Shown here: positions 1 through 6,151 of the stretch, in pieces
Layout of the letters: each line of letters opens with the position of its first letter
How positions within the stretch are numbered: position 1 is the first letter of the stretch
Virus record (IMG/VR): IMGVR_UViG_3300007790_000263
Location: 1-6,658 of that record
Length of the DNA: 6,658 nucleotides
From: a virus
Taxonomy: Duplodnaviria; Heunggongvirae; Uroviricota; Caudoviricetes
Strand: one strand, 5' to 3'
The notes under the pieces: model-generated
What the model was told of the DNA's origin: nothing
Databases searched by the model: none
The model's input: only the letters and a program-made list of their open reading frames with translations
Translations under genes and position numbers: made by a program

Positions 1-314
1 CTACTCCCTGCTCAATATTTACTACAAATTTAACAATAAATTAAAACATATCAAACTAAACAATGGGGGGTAAGATTCACTCATGAAATGTATTAAAAAT
101 GATTCATCAGCTAGCCACAGTACTTTCTTACATACGACGTGCCTTCACTTTCAACTCCCGCCAACTCACCAATCAGGACAGGAAAGCAGGCAGAAATCCC
201 TCAAAAACCAAAAAAACAATTTTTATACTGAAAATCAACAAGTTAAACAATGAAAATTATCCTCCCCATCGATTTTCACCTCATCAAAAAGAGTTTTTTC
301 TAATATAGAATCCT

Positions 315-341
315 TTGTTTCATCAGTTTTTTTGTTATAAA
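315..341 (+). promoter_or_regulatory. Putative sigma70-type promoter for the membrane-protein/TIR operon (extended -10 TGtTATAAA at 333-341, weak -35 TTGTTT at 315-320)
   Basis: TGnTATAAA-like extended -10 about 30 nt upstream of the ATG at 373, followed by a GAGGA Shine-Dalgarno at 363-367. The -35/-10 spacing is short (~15 bp) and the region is AT-rich, so hexamer matches are easy to find by chance. Confidence 0.3.
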
Positions 342-372
342 GTATACTTTTGATCAAAGTCTGAGGATATTC

Positions 373-831
373 ATGAGTACAGAAAACTTACAACCAGAAC
401 ATCGTGATGACGGATTACCCGCTAAAATAGCAGCATTAGCAAGTCTGCAAGCCATAATTGCAAGGATGGCTTCAAATTCACAATTAATGAAAACGTGGGC
501 CATCACTATCGTTACTGGATTCATAGCTATCAAGTCGACTTTTGGTGGACTTGGGTATCTATCTTATCTAGTGCCGATTCTTATTTGCATTTCATTCTCC
601 TTTCTTGACTCTTATTATCTTTCTCAAGAAAAGATATTTAGAGATGTTTATAATAAATTAGCGGCCATTCCCGTTGGGAACGAAATGATGTACCTAGATT
701 TCAAAGGCGAAATATATAAAACTTCACAAGAAGAAAATAATTCATTAATGATTTGTTTCAAGTCCCCATCAATTAGTTTATTTTATATCCCAATGGCAAT
801 CATTTCTACAGTGATATTAATCATAGGATAA
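373..831 (+). CDS. Small membrane protein (152 aa, about three predicted TM helices); candidate effector or partner of the downstream TIR-like protein
   Basis: ORF from the track; GAGGA at 363-367 sits 5 nt before the ATG. Hydrophobic helix-length stretches at about aa 41-57, 59-78 and 133-152 (C-terminal ISLFYIPMAIISTVILIIG). Only 4 nt separate its stop from the next start, implying an operon. AT-rich codon usage matches the neighbouring gene. No family recognised by eye. Confidence 0.65.
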   Translation: MSTENLQPEHRDDGLPAKIAALASLQAIIARMASNSQLMKTWAITIVTGFIAIKSTFGGLGYLSYLVPILICISFSFLDSYYLSQEKIFRDVYNKLAAIPVGNEMMYLDFKGEIYKTSQEENNSLMICFKSPSISLFYIPMAIISTVILIIG

Positions 832-835
832 TATT

Positions 836-1654
836 ATGCTTGTTAAATTCAGAATAGATCGAAATACAATTACAAATAACAGCACAATTTTAAACGCTAA
901 TGACAACCATTTAATTTACTCAAACCTAAATGACACAGATATAAACTCAAAAATATTTGACGCTGTAAATGGTGAAATATCAGCAAAGAAACTAGCCGAC
1001 GAACTATTTCCTGAAAACGAACCACACATTTTTATATCTCATAGTAGCAAAGACGTAAATGTAGCAATAAGTCTAGCAAACACTCTTTATGCAAAATATA
1101 AGATAACATCTTTCATTGACTCCCAACTTTGGGGACATATTGACCACGCACTAAAGGAAATGCATAATCGATACTGCAAGATCCCCGGCTCATCTTATTA
1201 CCACTATGATAAATCTAATAACCTACTATCTCATATGCACGCCATACTAAGTATGGCTTTAATGAGAGTAATGGATAACGCTGACAGCGTTATATTTATC
1301 GAATCCGGCAACTCAATTTACCAATATATGGGAGATACTACCATTGCTCCCCAAGAAGCAATTGAAAAAACATCTGAAACATTATCTCCATGGATATCCT
1401 CTGAGGTGAATTTTGCAAATACCTTAAGATTGAAAGGCCATAAAGATAGAGAACAACCATTAATGGAAAGCACAGATTCATACTCTTTAAACAAGAGTAA
1501 TATTAAAGCAGACTCCTTACCCAAAATAATACATGAAGTCAACTTAAGTAAATTCATAGAGATAGACAACAAAAAATTCAAAGAGTCTTTATCATTAAAT
1601 GAAACAAATCCAATAAAAACTTTAGATATGATTTACCAAATATATGCTCAATAG
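836..1654 (+). CDS. TIR-like domain protein (ThsB-like / DUF1863-type), 272 aa, with N- and C-terminal extensions
   Basis: ORF from the track; AGGA at 823-826 upstream. Residues 64-72 (IFISHSSKD) match the first beta-strand signature of bacterial TIR/ThsB-like domains (compare vFfSfhyqD). TSFIDSQ forms a plausible second strand. SPWISSE (aa 184-190, Glu codon at 1403-1405) resembles the S-x-W-C-x-x-E-l motif that carries the catalytic Glu of TIR NADases. About 60 aa N-terminal and 70 aa C-terminal to the domain have no recognisable family. Confidence 0.7.
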   Translation: MLVKFRIDRNTITNNSTILNANDNHLIYSNLNDTDINSKIFDAVNGEISAKKLADELFPENEPHIFISHSSKDVNVAISLANTLYAKYKITSFIDSQLWGHIDHALKEMHNRYCKIPGSSYYHYDKSNNLLSHMHAILSMALMRVMDNADSVIFIESGNSIYQYMGDTTIAPQEAIEKTSETLSPWISSEVNFANTLRLKGHKDREQPLMESTDSYSLNKSNIKADSLPKIIHEVNLSKFIEIDNKKFKESLSLNETNPIKTLDMIYQIYAQ

Positions 1655-1682
1655 GTAGTTTTTATTTTTAGCATCTAATAAA

Positions 1683-1714
1683 CCGTTGGCACATCATATA
1701 CAACGTGCCAACGG
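1683..1714. terminator. Stem-loop at the island boundary: perfect 10-bp inverted repeat CCGTTGGCAC / GTGCCAACGG with a 12-nt loop; possible bidirectional intrinsic terminator
   Basis: Inverted repeat read directly (1683-1692 and 1705-1714), 28 nt after the TIR gene stop. The T-rich run lies on the left side, so it gives a U-tract (UUUAUU) for minus-strand transcripts; the plus-strand side has a poor U-tract. Confidence 0.45.
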
Positions 1715-1861
1715 AACGAGTCAATTACAATTATTTTATGGCAGGAAAAACTGACGAATCAATATCTGGTTCGGTTGCTGTATCAATACGGTTCAGCAAC
1801 ACCTAATATTTCTTCCATGCCGCCAGCAATGAGGTCTCCTCTGCCGCCACAATACCCAAAT

Positions 1862-2002
1862 CTACGGCATCCTGAAGCGGTGCAATATGCTCACCCTGAT
1901 TTTATCTTCAAAAATCCGGTCGCATCCTGCACAGTTCAACGCATTACGTTGTAGATCGGTATTCTGGTCATTTGTTGATACGCGTACATAGCCAATAAGC
2001 AT
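1862..2002 (-). pseudogene. Truncated serine DNA invertase (Gin/Hin/Pin/Cin family), N-terminal ~35 codons only
   Basis: Minus-strand ATG at 2002-2000 preceded by GGGAG. Codons 1-35 translate to [35 protein letters not shown], which matches the invertase N-terminus including the catalytic-Ser motif YVRVST, as recalled. After codon 35 the frame reads [11 protein letters not shown] and stops at 1862-1864; none of the three frames downstream resembles the rest of an invertase. Intact invertases are about 180-190 aa. Confidence 0.75.
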
Positions 2003-2028
2003 GGTAGATCTCCCTGACAAAAGCAGGA

Positions 2029-2421
2029 ATGATGCCATTTGCTCGTTATTTCTGCATTTTCATAAACGTTGGTTTGGGAGAAGCGGCTAAAAGGAATGTA
2101 GGGACAGGGGCGAATCAGATACCTGATATGGGTAGCTTCACGCTTTCTGTTTCAGGTACTGGATATCAAAAATTACCATCAGGTTTTATTCTTCAGTGGG
2201 GTTCAATCGGCGCACCAGGCATTGCACAGGATGTGGTAACCCATTTTCCGATTGCATTTCCAAACCGATGTCTGCGTGTTTTGGTCTCACAAGACTACAC
2301 ACCAGATAGCGGGGCTGTTGGTTATATTGCCTGCGCAGGTTTTAGTTCCGACCCGGTTAAATTTATATCCAGAGCCGGTACTCCAGGTCTCGGCGCTTCA
2401 TTTTTAGCGTTAGGCTGTTAA
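2029..2421 (+). CDS. Alternative tail-fibre C-terminal variable cassette (promoterless; in frame with the fibre constant region after inversion)
   Basis: ORF from the track. Its ATG at 2029 lies outside the invertible segment and has no proper RBS (AGGA abuts the ATG). From the crossover site at 2057-2082 the frame reads [10 protein letters not shown], with the same frame and GLGE junction as ENLGLGEG in the expressed fibre gene. TAA stop at 2419-2421 is followed by a good RBS and the tfa' start. Confidence 0.6.
   Translation: MMPFARYFCIFINVGLGEAAKRNVGTGANQIPDMGSFTLSVSGTGYQKLPSGFILQWGSIGAPGIAQDVVTHFPIAFPNRCLRVLVSQDYTPDSGAVGYIACAGFSSDPVKFISRAGTPGLGASFLALGC
2057..2082. other. Left invertase crossover site (hix/gix/pix-like 26-bp site, TTTTCATAAACG-TT-GGTTTGGGAGAA)
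   Basis: Inverted relative to the site at 3925-3950: its right half GGTTTGGGAGAA is the exact reverse complement of the left half TTCTCCCAAACC of the other site. Has the AAACC-NN-GGTTT core architecture of hixL (TTCTTGAAAACCAAGGTTTTTGATAA, from memory). Lies 55 bp from the invertase start. Confidence 0.75.
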
Positions 2422-2442
2422 TTTAGCTATATGGAGTGAAAA

Positions 2443-2883
2443 ATGAATTACATATATTCCGCGACTACAAACTCTTTCTATCCACTGGAAATGAAAGAGG
2501 ATTACACTCAAGCTGACTCATGGCCAGATGATGCTGTTGAAGTTGATGAGCAGGTGTATATTGAGTTTTCCGGATTACCGCCGGAAGGAAAAATCCGTAT
2601 CGCTGGAGAAAATGGTTTTCCTGCATGGTCTGAAATTCCACCACCAACACCTGAGGAACAGATTGCTGCAGCCGAACTGGAAAAGCAGCAACTGATTAAT
2701 CAGGCCAACGATTATATGAACAGTAAACAATGGCCTGGTAAAGCGGCTATTGGTCGTCTGAAAGGTGAGGAACTGGCGCAATATAATCTGTGGCTGGATT
2801 ATCTGGACGCACTGGAGCTGGTCGATACTTCCAGTGCGCCAGATATTGAATGGCCTACGCCTCCGGCAGTTCAGGCCAGATGA
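2443..2883 (+). CDS. Tail fibre assembly protein, alternative-orientation copy (Tfa' / U'-like), 146 aa
   Basis: ORF from the track; GGAGTG RBS at 2432-2437. C-terminus DIEWPTPPAVQ carries the W-P-x-x-P ending typical of Tfa chaperones and parallels DVIWPELPEA in the convergent tfa. Lies directly downstream of the alternative fibre cassette. Confidence 0.75.
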   Translation: MNYIYSATTNSFYPLEMKEDYTQADSWPDDAVEVDEQVYIEFSGLPPEGKIRIAGENGFPAWSEIPPPTPEEQIAAAELEKQQLINQANDYMNSKQWPGKAAIGRLKGEELAQYNLWLDYLDALELVDTSSAPDIEWPTPPAVQAR

Positions 2884-3457
2884 CATCCGGCGCGGTGCTG
2901 GTATCTGTTGCCGTCACCGCGTCAATGTAATCCAGCACAGCGTTAAGCCGGGTTGTTTCTGCCTGCGTCAGTTTCCGCCCGGCCTGTAATTTCAGCTGAA
3001 TCAGACTAATGGAAGCCATTGCTGCATCAATCAGTGACTGGCGCTGTGCTTCTGCCGCTTCTACTGCGGCACCGTGTTGTGCCTCAGAATCTGTCACCCA
3101 TTTCTCACCATCCCATTTATCATATGTCGTTAACGGGACGATAGTGGTTGTATTTTCAGGGTAATCACCCGGAGCTGTGATTTCTTTTGCTTCTCCTGTT
3201 TCGGTGCTATAGATAATTTCACCGCGATGGTCTGGCATATATTCCCATGAGTTTAAATCTACTGAACGGCAGATTGCATAACCAGCCTTATATGTGCCAG
3301 GAGCATCTAAACAGGAATATGCCGGGATACCGACACCAACGGCAAGATATTCATTTGAAGTGGAAATATATTCCCGTGTTTCACCATCATAGTTATAGAC
3401 GGTAATATTCCCCGCCTTCGTGGCAATAAGTTCGCTATTTAATACGGCTTTATCCAT
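2855..3457 (-). CDS. Tail fibre assembly protein (Tfa / U-like chaperone), 200 aa
   Basis: ORF from the track. Its start overlaps the fibre stop (TAATG at 3455-3459). C-terminal DVIWPELPEA motif. Sits immediately downstream of the tail fibre, in the position of Mu U / P2 G. Confidence 0.8.
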   Translation of the reverse strand: MDKAVLNSELIATKAGNITVYNYDGETREYISTSNEYLAVGVGIPAYSCLDAPGTYKAGYAICRSVDLNSWEYMPDHRGEIIYSTETGEAKEITAPGDYPENTTTIVPLTTYDKWDGEKWVTDSEAQHGAAVEAAEAQRQSLIDAAMASISLIQLKLQAGRKLTQAETTRLNAVLDYIDAVTATDTSTAPDVIWPELPEA

Positions 3458-4275
3458 TATGCAGCTCTCACGATATAGTTAAATGCAATATTTCGTGGAC
3501 GGGTTTCGCTCCCACCTGTGTTACCAATACTCCCTCGTGTATGTAGCGTTGGTGATGGAATCAGAGTTCCTCCGGCATCGGCAGCATCAAGCCCCCGGCC
3601 TTGCGTATATGCTCTTCTGAAGATTGTCGCCAGTTCCCATTCCTCTTTTGAATCATACCCATCGTTGGCAACAACAATATGGCGGTGTTTTTCCAGCATC
3701 CCAGTCTGAATGCTCAATAAAGCACGTCCTGCATCAATACCACGCCCGTCATCCCATCCACGAATAAACTCACCACGGAGATCAGGTAGTTTCCCTGATG
3801 GATATGCTGTAGCAAGATGGGGATATTTCACCTTATCAAAGGCAGCGCCGTTGCATTTCAGCCAGCCCGTTGGCGGGGTTGCGGAGGGCCACGGAACAGG
3901 CACACCAACAGGTAATGCAGAGCCTTCTCCCAAACCAAGGTTTTCGAGAGCCGTTTTCACCGTGCCATCCGATTTGATATCACCAAACGGATTCTTGCGG
4001 CTCAGGTATTCAACAGCAAACCCCGATCCCAGCAATTCAACAAAACCGGGCAGATCACCATTATCAAGCACATCCCGTTGCGTTTTATCACTTACAAACT
4101 GGGCCAGAGCTGCAGCAATAAAGCTGGCCTGCCGAATAACCTTATTGACTTGCGCACTGGAGGCTTTCCCTGCTGTAAATCCGGATAAAAGCGCGGGCAA
4201 CGCTTCCCATTCCTCCTGCGATATAACATTGGCATTTCGATCCGTTGCAAACGCTTTAAAGTCATTTTTCGCCAT
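3457..4275 (-). CDS. Tail fibre protein (constant N-terminal part outside the invertible segment, variable C-terminal tip inside it)
   Basis: ORF from the track (longest form 3457-4293). I prefer the ATG at 4275-4273 (MAKNDFKAF...) because it overlaps the upstream stop as ATGA and has GGGGAG about 10 nt upstream, whereas the 4293 start has AGGAG only 1 nt from the ATG. C-terminus ...[19 protein letters not shown] matches the conserved ending of Tfa-dependent fibres (lambda Stf / T4 gp37 / Mu S type, from memory). The crossover site lies in-frame at ENLGLGEG. Confidence 0.8.
   Translation of the reverse strand: MAKNDFKAFATDRNANVISQEEWEALPALLSGFTAGKASSAQVNKVIRQASFIAAALAQFVSDKTQRDVLDNGDLPGFVELLGSGFAVEYLSRKNPFGDIKSDGTVKTALENLGLGEGSALPVGVPVPWPSATPPTGWLKCNGAAFDKVKYPHLATAYPSGKLPDLRGEFIRGWDDGRGIDAGRALLSIQTGMLEKHRHIVVANDGYDSKEEWELATIFRRAYTQGRGLDAADAGGTLIPSPTLHTRGSIGNTGGSETRPRNIAFNYIVRAA
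3925..3950. other. Right invertase crossover site (TTCTCCCAAACC-AA-GGTTTTCGAGAG) inside the tail-fibre gene
   Basis: 26-bp site with the AAACC-AA-GGTTT core, close to the hixL consensus. Inverted partner of 2057-2082. Falls at about codon 112-118 of the fibre gene, at the constant/variable boundary. Confidence 0.75.
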
Positions 4276-4955
4276 CAGAGTAATACTCCCCATGCTCCTA
4301 CATCAAAACCACTGATGAATTCGTTATCCATATCAAAACCAAAAAATTTTGAGCCTTCCGATGGGGTTTCCACCGAAGGTGTTTCAATGCCACCCGCCCA
4401 TACCCCGGCGGCTTTTACTGTGAGATACCCCTGTTTAATTGCCGCAATTAACTCACGCGATACATCTGAAATATCAGTATCAGGAAAGACCCAGACCGAT
4501 ATCGTCATGTCCTGGTTATCGACTATCTGCATTCGCAGCCCGGATCCTGCTGTTGCAGCGTCAAGAATTGCCGGAAGCGAATCATTCCGTCCATCCCAGT
4601 TATTAATCGCAATCTTCGCTTTAAGAATGACACGATAAGTTTCATCGCTGAGGTACATGTATCCGGAATCAGGATCGTATGGTCCCTGCCATACCCCCTG
4701 ATCATATCCAAGCCCGTCGGTATCCCAGCTGAAATAGACACCTGAGATAGGCTGGCTGACAACACGGCTACGTCCGATCCACAATCCCAGAATGTCAAGT
4801 TGCACACCAACCGCAGAGTCAATATCAAATGCAGTAATCAGCCCTCTGGTGGCAGCCGCAACATCAATAAGCGGCCGGGTCATCAGATCAACATGCGCAA
4901 GAAATTTAGGTTTGGTGGCGTGGTAGTTCGTGATTAGTTCGGTGTATTTGCTCAT
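4275..4955 (-). CDS. Phage baseplate/tail protein at the gpI position (226 aa)
   Basis: ORF from the track; GGTGGAG RBS upstream. ATGA overlap with the J-like gene upstream and with the fibre gene downstream. Function is assigned from its position in the V-W-J-I-H-G order; I do not recognise the sequence confidently. Confidence 0.65.
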   Translation of the reverse strand: MSKYTELITNYHATKPKFLAHVDLMTRPLIDVAAATRGLITAFDIDSAVGVQLDILGLWIGRSRVVSQPISGVYFSWDTDGLGYDQGVWQGPYDPDSGYMYLSDETYRVILKAKIAINNWDGRNDSLPAILDAATAGSGLRMQIVDNQDMTISVWVFPDTDISDVSRELIAAIKQGYLTVKAAGVWAGGIETPSVETPSEGSKFFGFDMDNEFISGFDVGAWGVLL

Positions 4956-6151
4956 GACTCCACCGTTATAACGATATTTTCCGGGGTACAGGACGCAGAT
5001 TCGTTGTATCTGATATCAATGTTTGATGACGACAAAACCCCCGGGGATTTCCCAATCGTCAGTTCCTGAATATCGTAATAGCGTGCATTCCCGCCACTCA
5101 CCACGCCAAGATTCGCCGGTGAGTAAATGCGACTTAAAAGGACCGAATCACCAATCGTCAGACTATTGATATAGTCGGAAATAGCCTGCTGGATCTGCTG
5201 CCCTATCTGTGAGGTATAACCCGTAAAAACTTTTAATTTAATCAGGGCATAAACAGGCACATCACTGGAACGCGAGAATTTGATTACATGGGGATTGCCG
5301 TATTTATCCGGAACCGTAACGGATGTTGTACCGTGAGTGGCTGTCCCCTGGCCTTTATTCCCTCTGATAGCCTGAGCAATATCCGTCACATCACCGCCAT
5401 CCACAATTACAGCAACAGAGTGTGGCGGTAACCCGTTACCGTCCTCCGAACCAGTATCGTTTTCATAGAGTTTGTGGCGGGTTACACCGGTAACATTAGA
5501 AACAGCACCATCCAGTGCTTCAAATGGGGTTATTGATGGCAACGCAACACTTTGCGACTGGCGGATACGTAACTCAGCGTCAGTTTCTGCCGGAGTGCCC
5601 ACAGTAGCCGCAGCAGGATTAGTTACCGAAACCCAGCCACGGGTTGGCGTATTAATTTCAGTGATAGTTCCAGCCAGCGCCGCCACTGCACCACTGACGG
5701 AACATGTTGCGGTCACCATCACTGTACCATCCACGCCGACCACCACTGAAGCAGGCAAACGCCATATCACATTATTACTGTCTTTCACGCTGCCATTAAT
5801 GATGGTTGTTCCGGCAGTTCCTGTAAGAAGCAAATCAACCGTAGAATTCGTCGCGCCTTTACGTGAAATACCATTTATTTTCACGTTACTGGTCAGTGCG
5901 GCTCCATAGCCGGTTGCTGGTGAAAAACAGTTGTAGACAGTTATCGCCATATTATTGGCATCATGAATCGCCAGCGCCATCAGAGCCACCATCTGGCCGT
6001 CTTTGCTGTCCGGTTCGAGGTAGGCATCACTGCCATAAATCTGCTGAAAATAGCTAATCAGGGTGCTGAGTATCGTCTGATAATCAGGCGCACTGATCCC
6101 CTCTGCGGTTACCTTTGCAGATAAACCGAGAGAATCAAGGTTCAGAGCCAT
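4952..6151 (-). CDS. Baseplate J-like protein (399 aa)
   Basis: ORF from the track; GGAGG RBS 4 nt before the ATG. TAATG overlap with the upstream gene. Internal PAETDAELRIRQ resembles the E-[ST]-D-x-x-L-R motif I associate with Baseplate_J proteins. Size and position fit P2 gpJ / Mu gp47-like proteins. Confidence 0.7.
   Translation of the reverse strand: MALNLDSLGLSAKVTAEGISAPDYQTILSTLISYFQQIYGSDAYLEPDSKDGQMVALMALAIHDANNMAITVYNCFSPATGYGAALTSNVKINGISRKGATNSTVDLLLTGTAGTTIINGSVKDSNNVIWRLPASVVVGVDGTVMVTATCSVSGAVAALAGTITEINTPTRGWVSVTNPAAATVGTPAETDAELRIRQSQSVALPSITPFEALDGAVSNVTGVTRHKLYENDTGSEDGNGLPPHSVAVIVDGGDVTDIAQAIRGNKGQGTATHGTTSVTVPDKYGNPHVIKFSRSSDVPVYALIKLKVFTGYTSQIGQQIQQAISDYINSLTIGDSVLLSRIYSPANLGVVSGGNARYYDIQELTIGKSPGVLSSSNIDIRYNESASCTPENIVITVES

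Larger units (their letters stand above)
2070..3937. mobile_element. Invertible tail-fibre host-range segment (Mu G / P1 C / e14 P-segment type), ~1.87 kb
   Basis: Bounded by the two inverted 26-bp crossover sites. Contents are arranged as fibre tip + tfa on the minus strand and tfa' + fibre tip' on the plus strand, with the two tfa genes converging (29-bp overlap at 2855-2883). An invertase remnant sits immediately outside the left site. Confidence 0.75.

Noticed and set aside
99-308. 69-aa plus-strand ORF (MIHQLATVLSYIRRAF...)
   Set aside because: No Shine-Dalgarno before the ATG, a low-complexity K/N-rich product and a location in an AT-rich leader where random ORFs are common. More likely noncoding promoter/leader DNA.
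1318-1581. 87-aa minus-strand ORF antisense to the TIR-like gene
   Set aside because: Entirely embedded antisense in a better-supported CDS, with no RBS and a hydrophobic low-complexity product. Shadow ORF.
1862-2002. Possibility that the invertase is intact but started elsewhere or is merely frameshifted
   Set aside because: Manual translation of all three minus-strand frames downstream of codon 35 shows no resemblance to the remainder of Gin/Hin/Pin-type invertases, so simple frameshift decay is unlikely. It is annotated as a truncated pseudogene.
2029-2421. Independent 130-aa protein starting at the ATG at 2029
   Set aside because: The ATG lies outside the invertible segment, has no usable RBS, and the first 14 codons run across the invertase/site region. 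The coding capacity makes sense only as a tip cassette fused in-frame to the fibre constant region after inversion. It is kept as a CDS feature but not as a stand-alone gene.
2465-2989. Three overlapping ORFs (2465-2650 minus, 2575-2886 minus, 2765-2989 plus) across the tfa' gene and the tfa 3' end
   Set aside because: Alternative-frame or antisense shadows of the two tail fibre assembly genes. Their Arg/Cys/Trp-rich products are typical of out-of-frame translation of GC-balanced coding DNA.
3518-4638. Plus-strand ORFs 3518-3709, 3710-4315 and 4315-4638 opposite the tail fibre and I-position genes
   Set aside because: Antisense to strongly supported, translationally coupled minus-strand genes. 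Their Pro/Ser/Arg-rich translations look like frame artefacts.
4523-4828. 101-aa minus-strand ORF in an alternative frame inside the I-position gene
   Set aside because: Same strand but out of frame and fully nested in the 226-aa ORF, with no independent start signals.
5472-6057. Plus-strand ORFs 5472-5909 and 5863-6057 opposite the J-like gene
   Set aside because: Antisense shadows of the 399-aa baseplate J-like CDS. The Thr/Val/Ala-rich product mirrors the Ala/Val/Thr-rich sense protein.
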